Below are positions 1-9,843 of a stretch of DNA of 64,000 nucleotides, in pieces. The position numbers and the translations under genes were made by a program. The notes beneath the pieces were generated by a model, which saw only the letters and a program-made list of their open reading frames with translations, was not told the DNA's origin and did no database searches. The stretch lies in the NCBI GenBank assembly GCA_034189385.1, contig JAXHVD010000002.1:64001-128000 (forward strand), given 5' to 3'. The DNA is from Thermodesulfobacteriota bacterium (GTDB taxonomy: Bacteria > Desulfobacterota > Desulfobacteria > Desulfobacterales > C00003060). Each line of letters begins with the position of its first letter. Position 1 is the first letter of the stretch.

Positions 1-8
1 CAGCCTGA

Positions 9-680
9 TCATTTTGATTCTACCCCTAGCCCTCGAGGTGTCATCCATCTCGCCAGCAGGGAAAGCAGACCGTCAACCATGAGGGCGAGCACAGAAACCA
101 ATACCCCGCCAATGATGATCAGGTCCATACGAGCGTTTCTCAATCCCCGGAAGATAGGCACGCCAAGGCCCCCTGCCCCGATCAAAGCGGCAATGGCTGC
201 AATGCCGACAATGAGGACGGTGGCATTCCTTAATCCTGCCATGATAACGGGAAGGGCAAGGGGAAATTTGACCTTAAAAAGCAACTGCCTTTCGGTCATG
301 CCCATCCCCCTTCCAGCTTCGATCACTGCAGGGTCCACCTGCCGGATGGCCGTATAGGTGTTGCGCAAGATTGGAAGCTGGCCATAGACAATCAGCGTGA
401 TGACAGCGGGCACAAAGCCAATGGCACTTAATCCCATGTAGCCAAGGAGCAGCATGAGGAGCCCAAAAAGGGCCAGGCTTGGAACCGTCATCATGATCTC
501 TGCCAGGTAGAGAACCCCATCTGCCAGGCGTTCCCGCCCTTTTCCTGCGATGAAGACTCCCAGGGTACAGCCCAACATAGCCGCTATGACCATGGCAACA
601 AGGCTCAAAGTCACATGATCGACGCCCCACCTTGCCACCATGTCAGGATGGCTGAGCACGAATTCATAGACTTCTGTCAT
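9..680 (-). CDS. Osmoprotectant (glycine betaine/choline/proline) ABC transporter permease, ProW/OpuBB-like
   Basis: Hydrophobic 223 aa with EAA loop (EAGRGMGMT) and GAGGLG motif typical of OpuBB/ProW permeases. Confidence 0.85.
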   Translation of the reverse strand: MTEVYEFVLSHPDMVARWGVDHVTLSLVAMVIAAMLGCTLGVFIAGKGRERLADGVLYLAEIMMTVPSLALFGLLMLLLGYMGLSAIGFVPAVITLIVYGQLPILRNTYTAIRQVDPAVIEAGRGMGMTERQLLFKVKFPLALPVIMAGLRNATVLIVGIAAIAALIGAGGLGVPIFRGLRNARMDLIIIGGVLVSVLALMVDGLLSLLARWMTPRGLGVESK

Positions 681-791
681 AAGCTGTCACCGTCTATAAG
701 AAGAGCATCCAATAAACGAGCCGCCAGCAGCGCCCCCGGGGGCAGGCAAGAATAGTATTGTCCCACATCCTTGTTCGTGGTAGACTCGCAG

Positions 792-809
792 AAATATTTC
801 AATTGAAAC
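792..809. promoter_or_regulatory. Putative MarR operator (TTTCAATTGAAA palindrome)
   Basis: Perfect 12-bp palindrome at 797-808 between the divergent permease and marR; similar ATTTCAGTTCAAAT at 1647-1660. Confidence 0.5.
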
Positions 810-833
810 CTTTTTTACAGACGATACAGGACT

Positions 834-1325
834 ATGTCAAATAATCTACAAGCATCTACGCAATGGGTCCCCGTTGAGGCCCCGCCAGATCCCGTAAAAC
901 AGATCATCTACCAGATCCGTCGGCTCATTCAGGCAAGAGAGCTTTACACCAAGGAGCTGAACAAAAAATATTCGGTAACGGCAGCCCAACTCAATTGCCT
1001 TCTCGCCCTCCATGAAAGCGGGCCTTTACCCTTGTCCCATATCGCCAAGCTCATTATGGTGAAGTCCAGCACCGTCACAGGGATCATTGACCGTTTGGAA
1101 CAAAAAGGGCTTGTGGAGCGAGTCAGAACCTCTCGAGATCGCCGAGTGATCACCATTCAGTTGACAGAAGCTGGAACCAGGCTAGCCAATAATGCCCCTC
1201 CCCCTATCCAACAGAAGATCATGGATGGCCTCAAAAAACTTCCCAAAGAGGATATAGAGCGCATTGTGACAGGTCTCAATATGCTCACGACCATGTTGGA
1301 CGTCCAGGACCTGGAAGTGCGATAG
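834..1325 (+). CDS. MarR-family transcriptional regulator (EctR/CosR-like)
   Basis: wHTH signature STVTGIIDRLEQKGLVER..DRR....LT. Confidence 0.9.
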   Translation: MSNNLQASTQWVPVEAPPDPVKQIIYQIRRLIQARELYTKELNKKYSVTAAQLNCLLALHESGPLPLSHIAKLIMVKSSTVTGIIDRLEQKGLVERVRTSRDRRVITIQLTEAGTRLANNAPPPIQQKIMDGLKKLPKEDIERIVTGLNMLTTMLDVQDLEVR

Positions 1326-1619
1326 ACCGCTTTGGAGGGCCATTTATATCCACATACACTTGAGGCAGATCCTTAAAATGCCATGCCCTGTGGGCAGAAA
1401 GACATTCACTCGCCGTGAGTCGGGTCTGCTACCCGTGTCTAAAGCAAGCTCATGGAAGCGTCTGAATTGTTTACAGGAGTGAGCAAAATCGGGTTTTTCA
1501 AAAGCTAAATGCTTACAAAGGGAAGAACCGTGGTAGCTGCTTTTCAGGCGCTCTTCTGCTGATAACACAATGATTTTATTGGGACTTGAAAGGAGAGCCT
1601 GAAAACTCTAATAAAAACC

Positions 1620-1665
1620 TTGACATGTCACACAGCCTCGAGTATGATTTCAGTTCAAATATTTC
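1620..1665 (+). promoter_or_regulatory. Sigma70 promoter of the MttB/AsnB operon with overlapping operator-like site
   Basis: TTGACA (1620-1625), 17-bp spacer, TATGAT (1643-1648), overlapped by ATTTCAGTTCAAATATTTC. Confidence 0.7.
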
Positions 1666-1810
1666 GACATCATATCATGTCAGCAAAACCATTCTGAAGC
1701 GTTACTTCCCCTTCAATCCCCTTTGAATGACTGCACAATAGACCTGCCGCCCACATCGTGTGTGGGGCACCCGTCTATTGGGAGTGACACTGTTTTGCGA
1801 GGAGAGTTTT

Positions 1811-3025
1811 GTGAACCAAAAAGAGGTGGAAAAATCGAGGTCGTTGTTGGGTAAGGATGCCGTGGAAATGCTCATGCAAGTCCACCAGGATGCCCTGTGG
1901 ATACTGGAGAACCTTGGTGTGGGCTGCCAAGAGCCGGAAATCCAAAAGGTATTTCGGCAGTTTGAGGCGGACGGGTTGGCTGTGGTCTACGAAGACCGCG
2001 TGTTCGTGACCTCCAGCCTGGTGGAGGAGTGCCTCCAACGGGCGCCAGGGGTGAGTGACTTTTTTGTGCCCAGGAACAGCTTCTTCATCGGCGGTACAGC
2101 GCCCTATGTCTATGACGATGATGCCGGAAAGGGCGGGCTGGCCCCCACACCCCAGCATTTGATCCGAATTGCCCAGATAGCCGAGGAGCATAGAATGGTG
2201 GCCGGTATGGGCAGGGGGATAAAGCTGAAGGACGAAGTGGAGCAGATGAACATCATGGCCGCGCATTGTACGAAGCCCCTCTATTTTGCGGTGACCTCCG
2301 ATGGCGCCTTGGCCAGGGCCAAAGAGATCCACGAACAGAGAGGGAACATTATGATCGTGTTTTGCCTTACCCGGCCCCCTTTGGAGGTCAACGAAAACTT
2401 CTCCGGCCACTTCGTCAAGGTGGTCAGGGCCGGGTTGCCGGTATTTATCTCAGCCATGCCCATGGGCGGCATCAGCGCCCCCTATTGCTACAACGGCGTT
2501 CTGGCTATGACCCATGCCGAGGTCCTCTTCGGCATCTGTGCAGCCCAGCTGCTCCATCCAGGGGTGACGTGCGTTCATGCAGGCTTTCCCACCATTGCCG
2601 ATCCTCGGATTGAATACAATCCAAATTATGGCCTTGTGAGTCACAATTTCTTGAATATCCTCATGACCCACCTGAACCTTATGTTGGATCTGCCCTCCTT
2701 CCAGAGTGGCGGTACCACCCATGAAGAACACCCCACGGAGCAAGCCTTTGCAGATGCCAGGATGGGCCAAGCCCTATGTCTGAAATACGGATTTCACATG
2801 ATCCGCCATCCCTTTGCCTTTCTCCGCTACCTCATCGACTTCTCCATAGCCAAACTCGAAAAGGCGGCCAGAATCGCCGAGGAAGTCACTCCTGAAGAGG
2901 CCCCAGAGGTGGAAACGCCCACGTACGACGAGAGGGGCATGGAGTCCATCAAGCGTATCGGTTTGGGTATGTACATGGAAGATTCCCTTACCACGGCGAA
3001 CCTTGGAAGGATCTTCGTTAGTTAG
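1811..3025 (+). CDS. Trimethylamine methyltransferase (MttB) superfamily protein, non-pyrrolysine, short
   Basis: N-terminal H..ALWILE.LGV, MPMGGISAP, AEVLFG; GTG start at 1811 preceded by GAGGAG; paralog of 8645..9823. Confidence 0.75.
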   Translation: MNQKEVEKSRSLLGKDAVEMLMQVHQDALWILENLGVGCQEPEIQKVFRQFEADGLAVVYEDRVFVTSSLVEECLQRAPGVSDFFVPRNSFFIGGTAPYVYDDDAGKGGLAPTPQHLIRIAQIAEEHRMVAGMGRGIKLKDEVEQMNIMAAHCTKPLYFAVTSDGALARAKEIHEQRGNIMIVFCLTRPPLEVNENFSGHFVKVVRAGLPVFISAMPMGGISAPYCYNGVLAMTHAEVLFGICAAQLLHPGVTCVHAGFPTIADPRIEYNPNYGLVSHNFLNILMTHLNLMLDLPSFQSGGTTHEEHPTEQAFADARMGQALCLKYGFHMIRHPFAFLRYLIDFSIAKLEKAARIAEEVTPEEAPEVETPTYDERGMESIKRIGLGMYMEDSLTTANLGRIFVS

Positions 3026-3051
3026 AAACTATTGCAAGGAAGGATTGAATA

Positions 3052-4671
3052 ATGTGTGGGTTAGCAGGATGTGTTGGGACAAATGACCTTGGAACCGTTA
3101 ATCGTATGCTGGATGCCCTTCCCCACCGTGGTCCCAATGACAGGGGCCTCCATACGCATGGAGATACGGTTCTGGGGCACACGCGACTATCCATCGTAGA
3201 CGTGGCCCAGGGTCGTCAGCCCATTTTGGTAAAAGGGGGAAGCGCAGGCGTTATCTGCAACGGCGAGGTTTACAATTTTCGAAACCTTAGAGGCAAGCTT
3301 TCGCCTAAGCACCGGTTTGTGACCAAATCGGATACTGAGGTGATCCTCCATCTCTATGAGGAGAAGGGGCCGGAATGCGTCAGAGAGCTGGACGGCATGT
3401 TCGCCTTTGCGGTTTTCAACGGTGATGATTTTATGCTGGCACGGGACCCCATTGGTATCAAGCCCCTCTATTACGGTTATTATAATGATAACCTCTATTT
3501 CAGCTCAGAACTGGGCGCCATGACCCTGGCCGGTGTTGACGAGGTGCATGAGTTTCCTGCGGCCCACTACTACACCCTTCAGGAGGGTTTTGTCGAGTAT
3601 TACCAGATCCCAGAGATTCAGGACCATCTCCTCACCGATATTGAAGAGACCAGCTGCTTGATTAGAGAGACCTTCATCAGGGCGGTAAAAAAGAGATTGT
3701 TGGCCGACCCGGAAGTCCCTGTGGGTTCTTTTTGCAGTGGTGGGCTGGACAGTAGTCTGGTTGCAGCCATTGCGGCTGAAGAGATCCCTCATCTTCACAC
3801 CTTTGTGGTTGGGATGAAGGACGATCATGGGGATGTGAGCGACGATATAAAGGCGGCGCGCATTGCTGCCGGCCACATAGGCTCCACCCATCACGAATTG
3901 ATCTTCACGGAGGATGAATACTATGAGGCCCTTCCAAAAGTGATAAGAAAACTTGAGAGTTATGACCCTTCCTTGGTTCGCTGTGCCATCCCCTGCTACT
4001 TTACCTGCAAGCTTGCAGCCGATTATGTCACTGTAGTTCTCACCGGTGAAGGCGCAGACGAGCTCTTCACAGGCTATCACTACATGAAGCATTTTCCCTT
4101 TGATAAGCTGAACATGGAGGCCAGGCGCTGCATTGGCAACCTTCACAATATCAACCTGCAACGGGCCGATCGTATGGGCATGCTCTTCAGCCTCGAACTC
4201 AGGGTCCCTTATCTGGATGTGAACATGATCGATCTTTCTATGAAGATCCCGCCTGAGCTCAAGATTCGAGAGCACAAGGGCGCCAAGATCGAAAAGTGGA
4301 TCTTACGCAAAGCCTTTGAAGGCACCGGTTATCTCCCAGACGACATCCTATGGCGATATAAGGTTCAGTATACCCAAGGAGCCGGCTGCGAGAGCCTAGG
4401 GGAGACGCTGGCAGAAAAAGAGATGAGCGAAGACGAGTTTCAGAAGATCAAGGCTGAAAATCCCAAGGCCACCATTAACAACAGGGAGGCTGCCTTTTAC
4501 TATAAGATTTTTCGTGAGTCTCACCCGCAGGATTCTATTCTTGGCTCCATCGGGATCTGGACGGGCTTTGACTTCGCAGAGGAAAGAGAACGGGTGCGGG
4601 GAACGGTGGACGGAGACCTAAAATACGAACATGGAGAAAAGGAGTCCAAAAACAGGACCATGGCTGTGTAA
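3052..4671 (+). CDS. Asparagine synthetase B-like amidotransferase (glutamine-hydrolysing)
   Basis: N-terminal MCG, HRGP, NGE, SGGLDSS PP-loop, TGEGADE. Confidence 0.9.
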   Translation: MCGLAGCVGTNDLGTVNRMLDALPHRGPNDRGLHTHGDTVLGHTRLSIVDVAQGRQPILVKGGSAGVICNGEVYNFRNLRGKLSPKHRFVTKSDTEVILHLYEEKGPECVRELDGMFAFAVFNGDDFMLARDPIGIKPLYYGYYNDNLYFSSELGAMTLAGVDEVHEFPAAHYYTLQEGFVEYYQIPEIQDHLLTDIEETSCLIRETFIRAVKKRLLADPEVPVGSFCSGGLDSSLVAAIAAEEIPHLHTFVVGMKDDHGDVSDDIKAARIAAGHIGSTHHELIFTEDEYYEALPKVIRKLESYDPSLVRCAIPCYFTCKLAADYVTVVLTGEGADELFTGYHYMKHFPFDKLNMEARRCIGNLHNINLQRADRMGMLFSLELRVPYLDVNMIDLSMKIPPELKIREHKGAKIEKWILRKAFEGTGYLPDDILWRYKVQYTQGAGCESLGETLAEKEMSEDEFQKIKAENPKATINNREAAFYYKIFRESHPQDSILGSIGIWTGFDFAEERERVRGTVDGDLKYEHGEKESKNRTMAV

Positions 4672-4735
4672 AGGTCACTTCTTACTGTGGCTGTGGTCTT
4701 TCGGCGAAATACAGTAGCTGCTGGGAGGACGGAAA

Positions 4736-6217
4736 ATGGCAAGCATAGCAGGGATTATATCGCAGCACGGTAGAATCAACGCCAATTGCACCAAGCAAGT
4801 TGGAAAGATGTTGAAACTCATGCGTCACAGAGGTCCAGATAATTCTATCATCCGAACCTTGACAGACGACAGAGGGGCATTGGGTGCCAATGAAATCAAC
4901 CTGACGCCGCAGATGACCCATTGCACATCCCTGGACGAATCTCCATACATACTCTTTGATGGGGAACTCCACAATGACAGGCCCAACGGCCAGAGCGACA
5001 TAGACCTCTTCAAGGAATACTACGAAAAGTATGAGAGAAACTGTTTTTCCCGTTTAGATGGAAGCTTCTCCTGTGTCATTGTGGAAAAAGACGAAGAGGT
5101 TATCCTTGCCCGGGATCACGTAGGGGCGCGGCCCCTCTTCTTTGGCTCTGACAACAGCGTGTTTTATTTCAGTTCGGAGATGAAGGGTCTGATAGACCAT
5201 GTTCAATTCAATATCCAAGAGCTTGCTCCAGGATGCCTCTTGAGTAGCAAGAAGGGGATGACAGATTTTGCGCCGTTTGCTGCTGAGGTGCCGGAAATCG
5301 GTGACTTGAAGGAGACGGCCGCCGTGCTAAAAGACCTCCTCGTAGAAGCGGTGAGGCAGAGAATGGATGGGACGGATGCCGTCTCTTTGAGCGGAGGACT
5401 GGATAGTTCCATCGTGGCCGCCATTGCCAAGGAGTTCAACCCCAATCTCAAATTGTTTACCGCTGCGGTGGAGCGAAAGCCAGGCCCAGACCTGGAAAAC
5501 GCCAAACACATGGCGGAATACCTGGGGTTGGAACATTACATCTACATGATCTCCGATCAAGACATCGTTGATTTTATCTCCGATGCCGTCTGGTATTTAG
5601 AGAGTTTCGATGAGGACTGTATATCAGGCATTATTTCCAACTACTATATGTCCAAAATGGTCAAGCAATACTGTAATATGGTCCTCGTTGGGGAGGGGGC
5701 GGATGAGTTGTTTGGCGGCTATCGCATGGTCCTGAAGAACCCCAAGGTAAAGAGTGAGGAGCAAAGAGAACGGCTTGCTCAGAAGCTTGTGGATATTGCC
5801 TATAATACGGCCCTGAGAAGGCTTGATAGGGCCTGGATTGCCAATGGCGTCGTCTATCGGACGCCCTTCCTGGATACCAAGATCGTTGCCTTCAGCCAGA
5901 AGATACCTATGGCGTGGAAGATATACGGTGAGAAGCAGACAGAAAAATTCATCCTAAGAGAGGCCTTCAGGGATATCCTTCCAGAGAGAATCGCCAATCG
6001 TGAAAAGCTCAGGTTTGCCATGGGTACGGGTATGGACGATGTGATGGACGAGGTCGTGGCCGATAAGATCAACCCCGAAGAGATAAAGCAAAGGCCTAAG
6101 GCAGCCTATGGCCTGCCTTTTGCTTCCTTTAAGGAGCTTTATTATTACGACGAATTCCTGCAGCTCTTCCCACCATCTTACGAGAAACAGACCATCCGCT
6201 GGGATCCGTTTAAATAG
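4736..6217 (+). CDS. AsnB-like ATP-dependent amide ligase with degenerate glutaminase domain
   Basis: SGGLDSS and GEGADE retained; N-terminus MASIAG lacks Cys and has DGE in place of NGE. Confidence 0.85.
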   Translation: MASIAGIISQHGRINANCTKQVGKMLKLMRHRGPDNSIIRTLTDDRGALGANEINLTPQMTHCTSLDESPYILFDGELHNDRPNGQSDIDLFKEYYEKYERNCFSRLDGSFSCVIVEKDEEVILARDHVGARPLFFGSDNSVFYFSSEMKGLIDHVQFNIQELAPGCLLSSKKGMTDFAPFAAEVPEIGDLKETAAVLKDLLVEAVRQRMDGTDAVSLSGGLDSSIVAAIAKEFNPNLKLFTAAVERKPGPDLENAKHMAEYLGLEHYIYMISDQDIVDFISDAVWYLESFDEDCISGIISNYYMSKMVKQYCNMVLVGEGADELFGGYRMVLKNPKVKSEEQRERLAQKLVDIAYNTALRRLDRAWIANGVVYRTPFLDTKIVAFSQKIPMAWKIYGEKQTEKFILREAFRDILPERIANREKLRFAMGTGMDDVMDEVVADKINPEEIKQRPKAAYGLPFASFKELYYYDEFLQLFPPSYEKQTIRWDPFK

Positions 6218-6232
6218 AAGGAGAGTCTACGT

Positions 6233-7570
6233 ATGTCATTTCCAACAAGCTACAAGTATGTCATTGTGGGGGCCGGCATTCACGGTCTCAGTACTGCCTA
6301 CCATCTGGCCAGGGAACTAAGGAAGAAGAAGTCCGCTGGGTCAGGAAAAGACATTCTGGTCATAGACAAAACAGCCATTGGGGCCGGGGCCTCGGGAATC
6401 GCCTGCGGCGTTATCCGAAACAATTACTACCAACCTGCCATGCAGGAGCTTATTGCCCACAGTGTAGGCGTCTGGGAAGAGGATGGTGAGGGATATGGCT
6501 ATTATCCTGTGGGCTATATGCAGATTTCCCCTGAGTCCATGCATCTTGATGTGGCCGGGATTCACGGCCGGCAGAAAGACATGGGGTATCCATCTGTATT
6601 CATTGAAGGAGAAAAGGAATGTCTGGCCTATATGAAAGAGAACATCTTTCATGACTGGCAGGCGAAGAATATTACCTCCGTCTTACACGAGAAAAAGGGC
6701 GGTTACGCCCATAATACGAGATCGTTGTACCGGCTCGCAGACAAGGCGGAGGCCGAAGGGGTTCGAATCCTGACGGGAGTGGAGGTCACTGGATTTAGGA
6801 CTTCTAACGATGTTGTGACTGCTGTTCAAACCCTGAAAGGCGATATTGCCTGTGACTGGGTGGTTATTGGCGCGGGCCCCTGGGCCAAAGGTTTTTGGGA
6901 CATGCTAGACCTTCCCAAGGAGATCGCCGTGAGAGGCCCTGACGGTACGATGCACGATGGTATGAAAATGTGGACATACTGGTGCCTTGAGGAAGGCACC
7001 CTTGGCGTGCCTCCAGAGCATGGCATGAATAACGACGGGAAGATGCCTCCAGTCATTCATGTGGATTCAGACGCCCCTCTCTATTCTAGCGAGGATGGTT
7101 CTCTTATCACGGACAAGATGTGGGGCATCTACTACAAGCCGGACTTCCACTTCAAAGGGATCCAGGGTGGTTCCACGCCCTACATTGTGGAAGGGGAAGA
7201 GGTGGCGGTAGATCCCTACGGCATCGATTCCCCTGATTTCATTGCGGGCCCTGAATTTGCTCATATGTGGACCTCGGCCCTTGCTCATTGCCAGAAAAGG
7301 TACGAGGATAAGTATCGATACTACAAGAAGGAGCCCTCTGGAGGCCTCGGCGCTTTCACGCCCGATAATTTTCCCATCTTCGATACGATGAAAGAGAATT
7401 GCTACATGATTTTGGATTCCAATCACGGCTACAAGATGATTGGAGTGGGACAACTGGTAGCCAAAGAGGTCCTAGGAACGGAGCAGGCCCTGCTCAAGCC
7501 TTTCCGTTTTGATCGCTACGCCAAAGGGGAGCTGCACCCAGTATCTAATAGTCCCTTTCCCTGGAGCTAG
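6233..7570 (+). CDS. FAD-dependent amine oxidoreductase (sarcosine oxidase beta / N-methylglutamate dehydrogenase-like, DAO family)
   Basis: GAGIHG dinucleotide motif, GASGIACG, TPD..PI, C-terminal HGYK. Confidence 0.8.
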   Translation: MSFPTSYKYVIVGAGIHGLSTAYHLARELRKKKSAGSGKDILVIDKTAIGAGASGIACGVIRNNYYQPAMQELIAHSVGVWEEDGEGYGYYPVGYMQISPESMHLDVAGIHGRQKDMGYPSVFIEGEKECLAYMKENIFHDWQAKNITSVLHEKKGGYAHNTRSLYRLADKAEAEGVRILTGVEVTGFRTSNDVVTAVQTLKGDIACDWVVIGAGPWAKGFWDMLDLPKEIAVRGPDGTMHDGMKMWTYWCLEEGTLGVPPEHGMNNDGKMPPVIHVDSDAPLYSSEDGSLITDKMWGIYYKPDFHFKGIQGGSTPYIVEGEEVAVDPYGIDSPDFIAGPEFAHMWTSALAHCQKRYEDKYRYYKKEPSGGLGAFTPDNFPIFDTMKENCYMILDSNHGYKMIGVGQLVAKEVLGTEQALLKPFRFDRYAKGELHPVSNSPFPWS

Positions 7571-7572
7571 TT

Positions 7573-7717
7573 GGTTTCCATTCAGAAATGGCATCTTTTC
7601 GCCCAATGCGGCGTTCTCCGCGGGTTCCTGTCCTCGACGTAGCGCTGCTACGCCTGTGGCAGCAACCCTTGTGCGGCCTTGTCTTGGACGAAAATCTACC
7701 CTTTCTGAATTGGAACC
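7573..7717. repeat. About 145-bp palindromic REP/MITE-like element
   Basis: Terminal IR GGTTTCCATTCAGAAA / TTTCTGAATTGGAACC (14/16), inner IR TTTTCGCCCAA / TTGGACGAAAA, central CGTAGC-gct-GCTACG hairpin. Confidence 0.7.
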
Positions 7718-7786
7718 TGGCCCCCGGTGTCCATGGTTTGTGGACTCATTTGTGGATGGACACTGGTAGGGCAGTGGAGTTGTTAA

Positions 7787-8635
7787 ATGGAGCTGACCAT
7801 CCTTGGATCAGGGGGATGCACGGTCATCCCCAAGCCTCTTTGTGGATGCCCTGTCTGTGAAGAGGCAAGGAGAAAAGGGGCGCCCTACGAGAGGACTGGG
7901 CCATCGGCATTCATCCATGATGTGAACCTGCTCATCGACACACCTGCAGAGATAGCGCTCCAGCTAAACCGATCCCCAATTGACCAGATTGATTACCTCC
8001 TCTTTACTCACCTGGATCCGGACCACATCGAAGGATCCCGCGTGGTAGAACATCTTGCCCTCGACTTTCGCACGTGGCAGGCCTATCCGGACAAAGAGAT
8101 CCAACTCATCCTCCCCGAGAAGCTGGACAATCGCTTGAGGGACATTCGGTCTATTTACGGACCCCTTATCGACTACTACGAAGAACAAGGTTTCGTGCAA
8201 AGGACCCCTTTTCAGGACAGTATCGAGCTAGGAGGAATGAGCATCACGGGTATTCCCATAGACCGTGGTTCTCAATGGTCCTATATATATGTGTTTAAAA
8301 GTAAGGGCCGAAAGATGGTCTATGCACCCTGTGACATTAAACCTTTCCCTGAGGACCGGCCTGAGGTTCTCAGGGCGGACCTCTTGGTCATACAGCCTGG
8401 CATCTTTGAAGACGGGCTGAAGCATGGTTTTACCTATGGCGAGGATCACATCTCCAGAACAACGCTCTATACCTTTGAAGAGACCTTGGCACTGGCTAGA
8501 AGGATCCGGGCCGACCATGTCCTTTTCATTCATCTTGAGGAGTACTGGAACAGAAGTCATGATGACTATGTGGCACTGGAGGCAAGTCTAGACAACGTCC
8601 GATTTGCCTACGACGGCATGCACGTGAATGTGTAG
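7787..8635 (+). CDS. Metallo-beta-lactamase-fold hydrolase (PhnP-like)
   Basis: ILGSGG, CGCPVC zinc site, THLDPDH motif, AYDG at C-terminus. Confidence 0.8.
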   Translation: MELTILGSGGCTVIPKPLCGCPVCEEARRKGAPYERTGPSAFIHDVNLLIDTPAEIALQLNRSPIDQIDYLLFTHLDPDHIEGSRVVEHLALDFRTWQAYPDKEIQLILPEKLDNRLRDIRSIYGPLIDYYEEQGFVQRTPFQDSIELGGMSITGIPIDRGSQWSYIYVFKSKGRKMVYAPCDIKPFPEDRPEVLRADLLVIQPGIFEDGLKHGFTYGEDHISRTTLYTFEETLALARRIRADHVLFIHLEEYWNRSHDDYVALEASLDNVRFAYDGMHVNV

Positions 8636-8644
8636 GGAGAGAAC

Positions 8645-9823
8645 ATGAATATTGAGGACAATGACTATTTGGAGAGAATTCACCGTGACGCGCTTTGGAT
8701 TCTGGAAGAAGTGGGCGTGGCATGCCCTTCTTTGGAAGTAAGGAAGATTTTTGAGGCTACGGGCCTTGCCGCCTATGACGAGATGACAGGACATCTTCAC
8801 GTCCTGGCTCCCTTGGTAGAACAGGCCCTTAACACAGCGCCAAAGCGGGATGCGTATTGGATTCCCGAGGACTCCTTTGGAGTTGGGGGAACGGCACCCT
8901 TTGTCTATGATGATGAGACTGGTGACCTCATAGCGCCCACCTTCGAACATCTTGCCAAGATAGCCAGGATTGTTGACAACGCTGATGTCATTGACTTTAT
9001 GGCTAGGGGGGTTCTGATTAAGAAGGAAGAGGTGAAGGTTATAGACACCCTTGTGGAGAATTGCCATAAACCCATCTATGTAGCTGCTGTGACGGATGCA
9101 GGCATTGCCAGGGCTCAGGAAATCCATGAGACTAGAGGCGACCTTACTGTCCAATTTTCCATCATCAACAGTCCGTTGAATGTCATCGAAAGCATGATCG
9201 ATCCATTCCTTTTGTGCGTGAGAAAAGGGATCCCTATCTATGTCTCTACCATGCCCATGGCTGGCCTTTCGTCTCCTTATTGTATGTCCGGTCTCTTGGC
9301 CCTGACGCACGCTGAAGCCCTCTTTGGCATCACCCTGACCCAACTGGTCAACCCGGGACTCATGGTGGTCCATGCCGGCCTTCCCTCCATTGCGAACATC
9401 CAGAAGAACTATGCCGTGGACTTAGGACTCATCTCACACAACGTGGCCAACCTTTTGACGGAAAAGGTGAACGAGAGACTGGGGCTCCCGTCCATACAGA
9501 CGGCCTGCACAACGAGCCAGGAAAGGCCCAACAAAAAGGCCGAAGAAGAGGCTATCGCAGGATATGGCCTTATGAAAAAGTACGGTTTTCACCAGATGCG
9601 GCATGCCTTTGGATTCTTAAAGGAACTGATTTCTTTTTCCATCGCCAAGCTGGAAAGGCATATCGCCCTTTGCCAGGAGACAGGACCAGACCAGGCCCCC
9701 GAATATGACATTGAGCCCTATGACCCAGAAGGCCTTGATGCCATTAAGCGCAACGGCAGTCAGGCCAACTACATGCGGGACGATCATACCTTGAAAAATA
9801 CGGGGAAATCCTTTATGTGTTAG
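8645..9823 (+). CDS. Second MttB-superfamily protein, non-pyrrolysine, short
   Basis: IHRDALWILEEVGV, GGTAPFVYD, MPMAGLSSPYC; clear paralog of 1811..3025. Confidence 0.75.
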   Translation: MNIEDNDYLERIHRDALWILEEVGVACPSLEVRKIFEATGLAAYDEMTGHLHVLAPLVEQALNTAPKRDAYWIPEDSFGVGGTAPFVYDDETGDLIAPTFEHLAKIARIVDNADVIDFMARGVLIKKEEVKVIDTLVENCHKPIYVAAVTDAGIARAQEIHETRGDLTVQFSIINSPLNVIESMIDPFLLCVRKGIPIYVSTMPMAGLSSPYCMSGLLALTHAEALFGITLTQLVNPGLMVVHAGLPSIANIQKNYAVDLGLISHNVANLLTEKVNERLGLPSIQTACTTSQERPNKKAEEEAIAGYGLMKKYGFHQMRHAFGFLKELISFSIAKLERHIALCQETGPDQAPEYDIEPYDPEGLDAIKRNGSQANYMRDDHTLKNTGKSFMC

Positions 9824-9843
9824 GATAAGGAAATCTGCGGAAA

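Noticed and set aside
3023..3052. Pyrrolysine read-through of the TAG stops ending both MttB-like genes (also 9821-9823)
   Set aside because: In-frame TAA or TGA follows within 9 codons, the Pyl-equivalent position is internal and encodes Thr, and no pyl genes are present.
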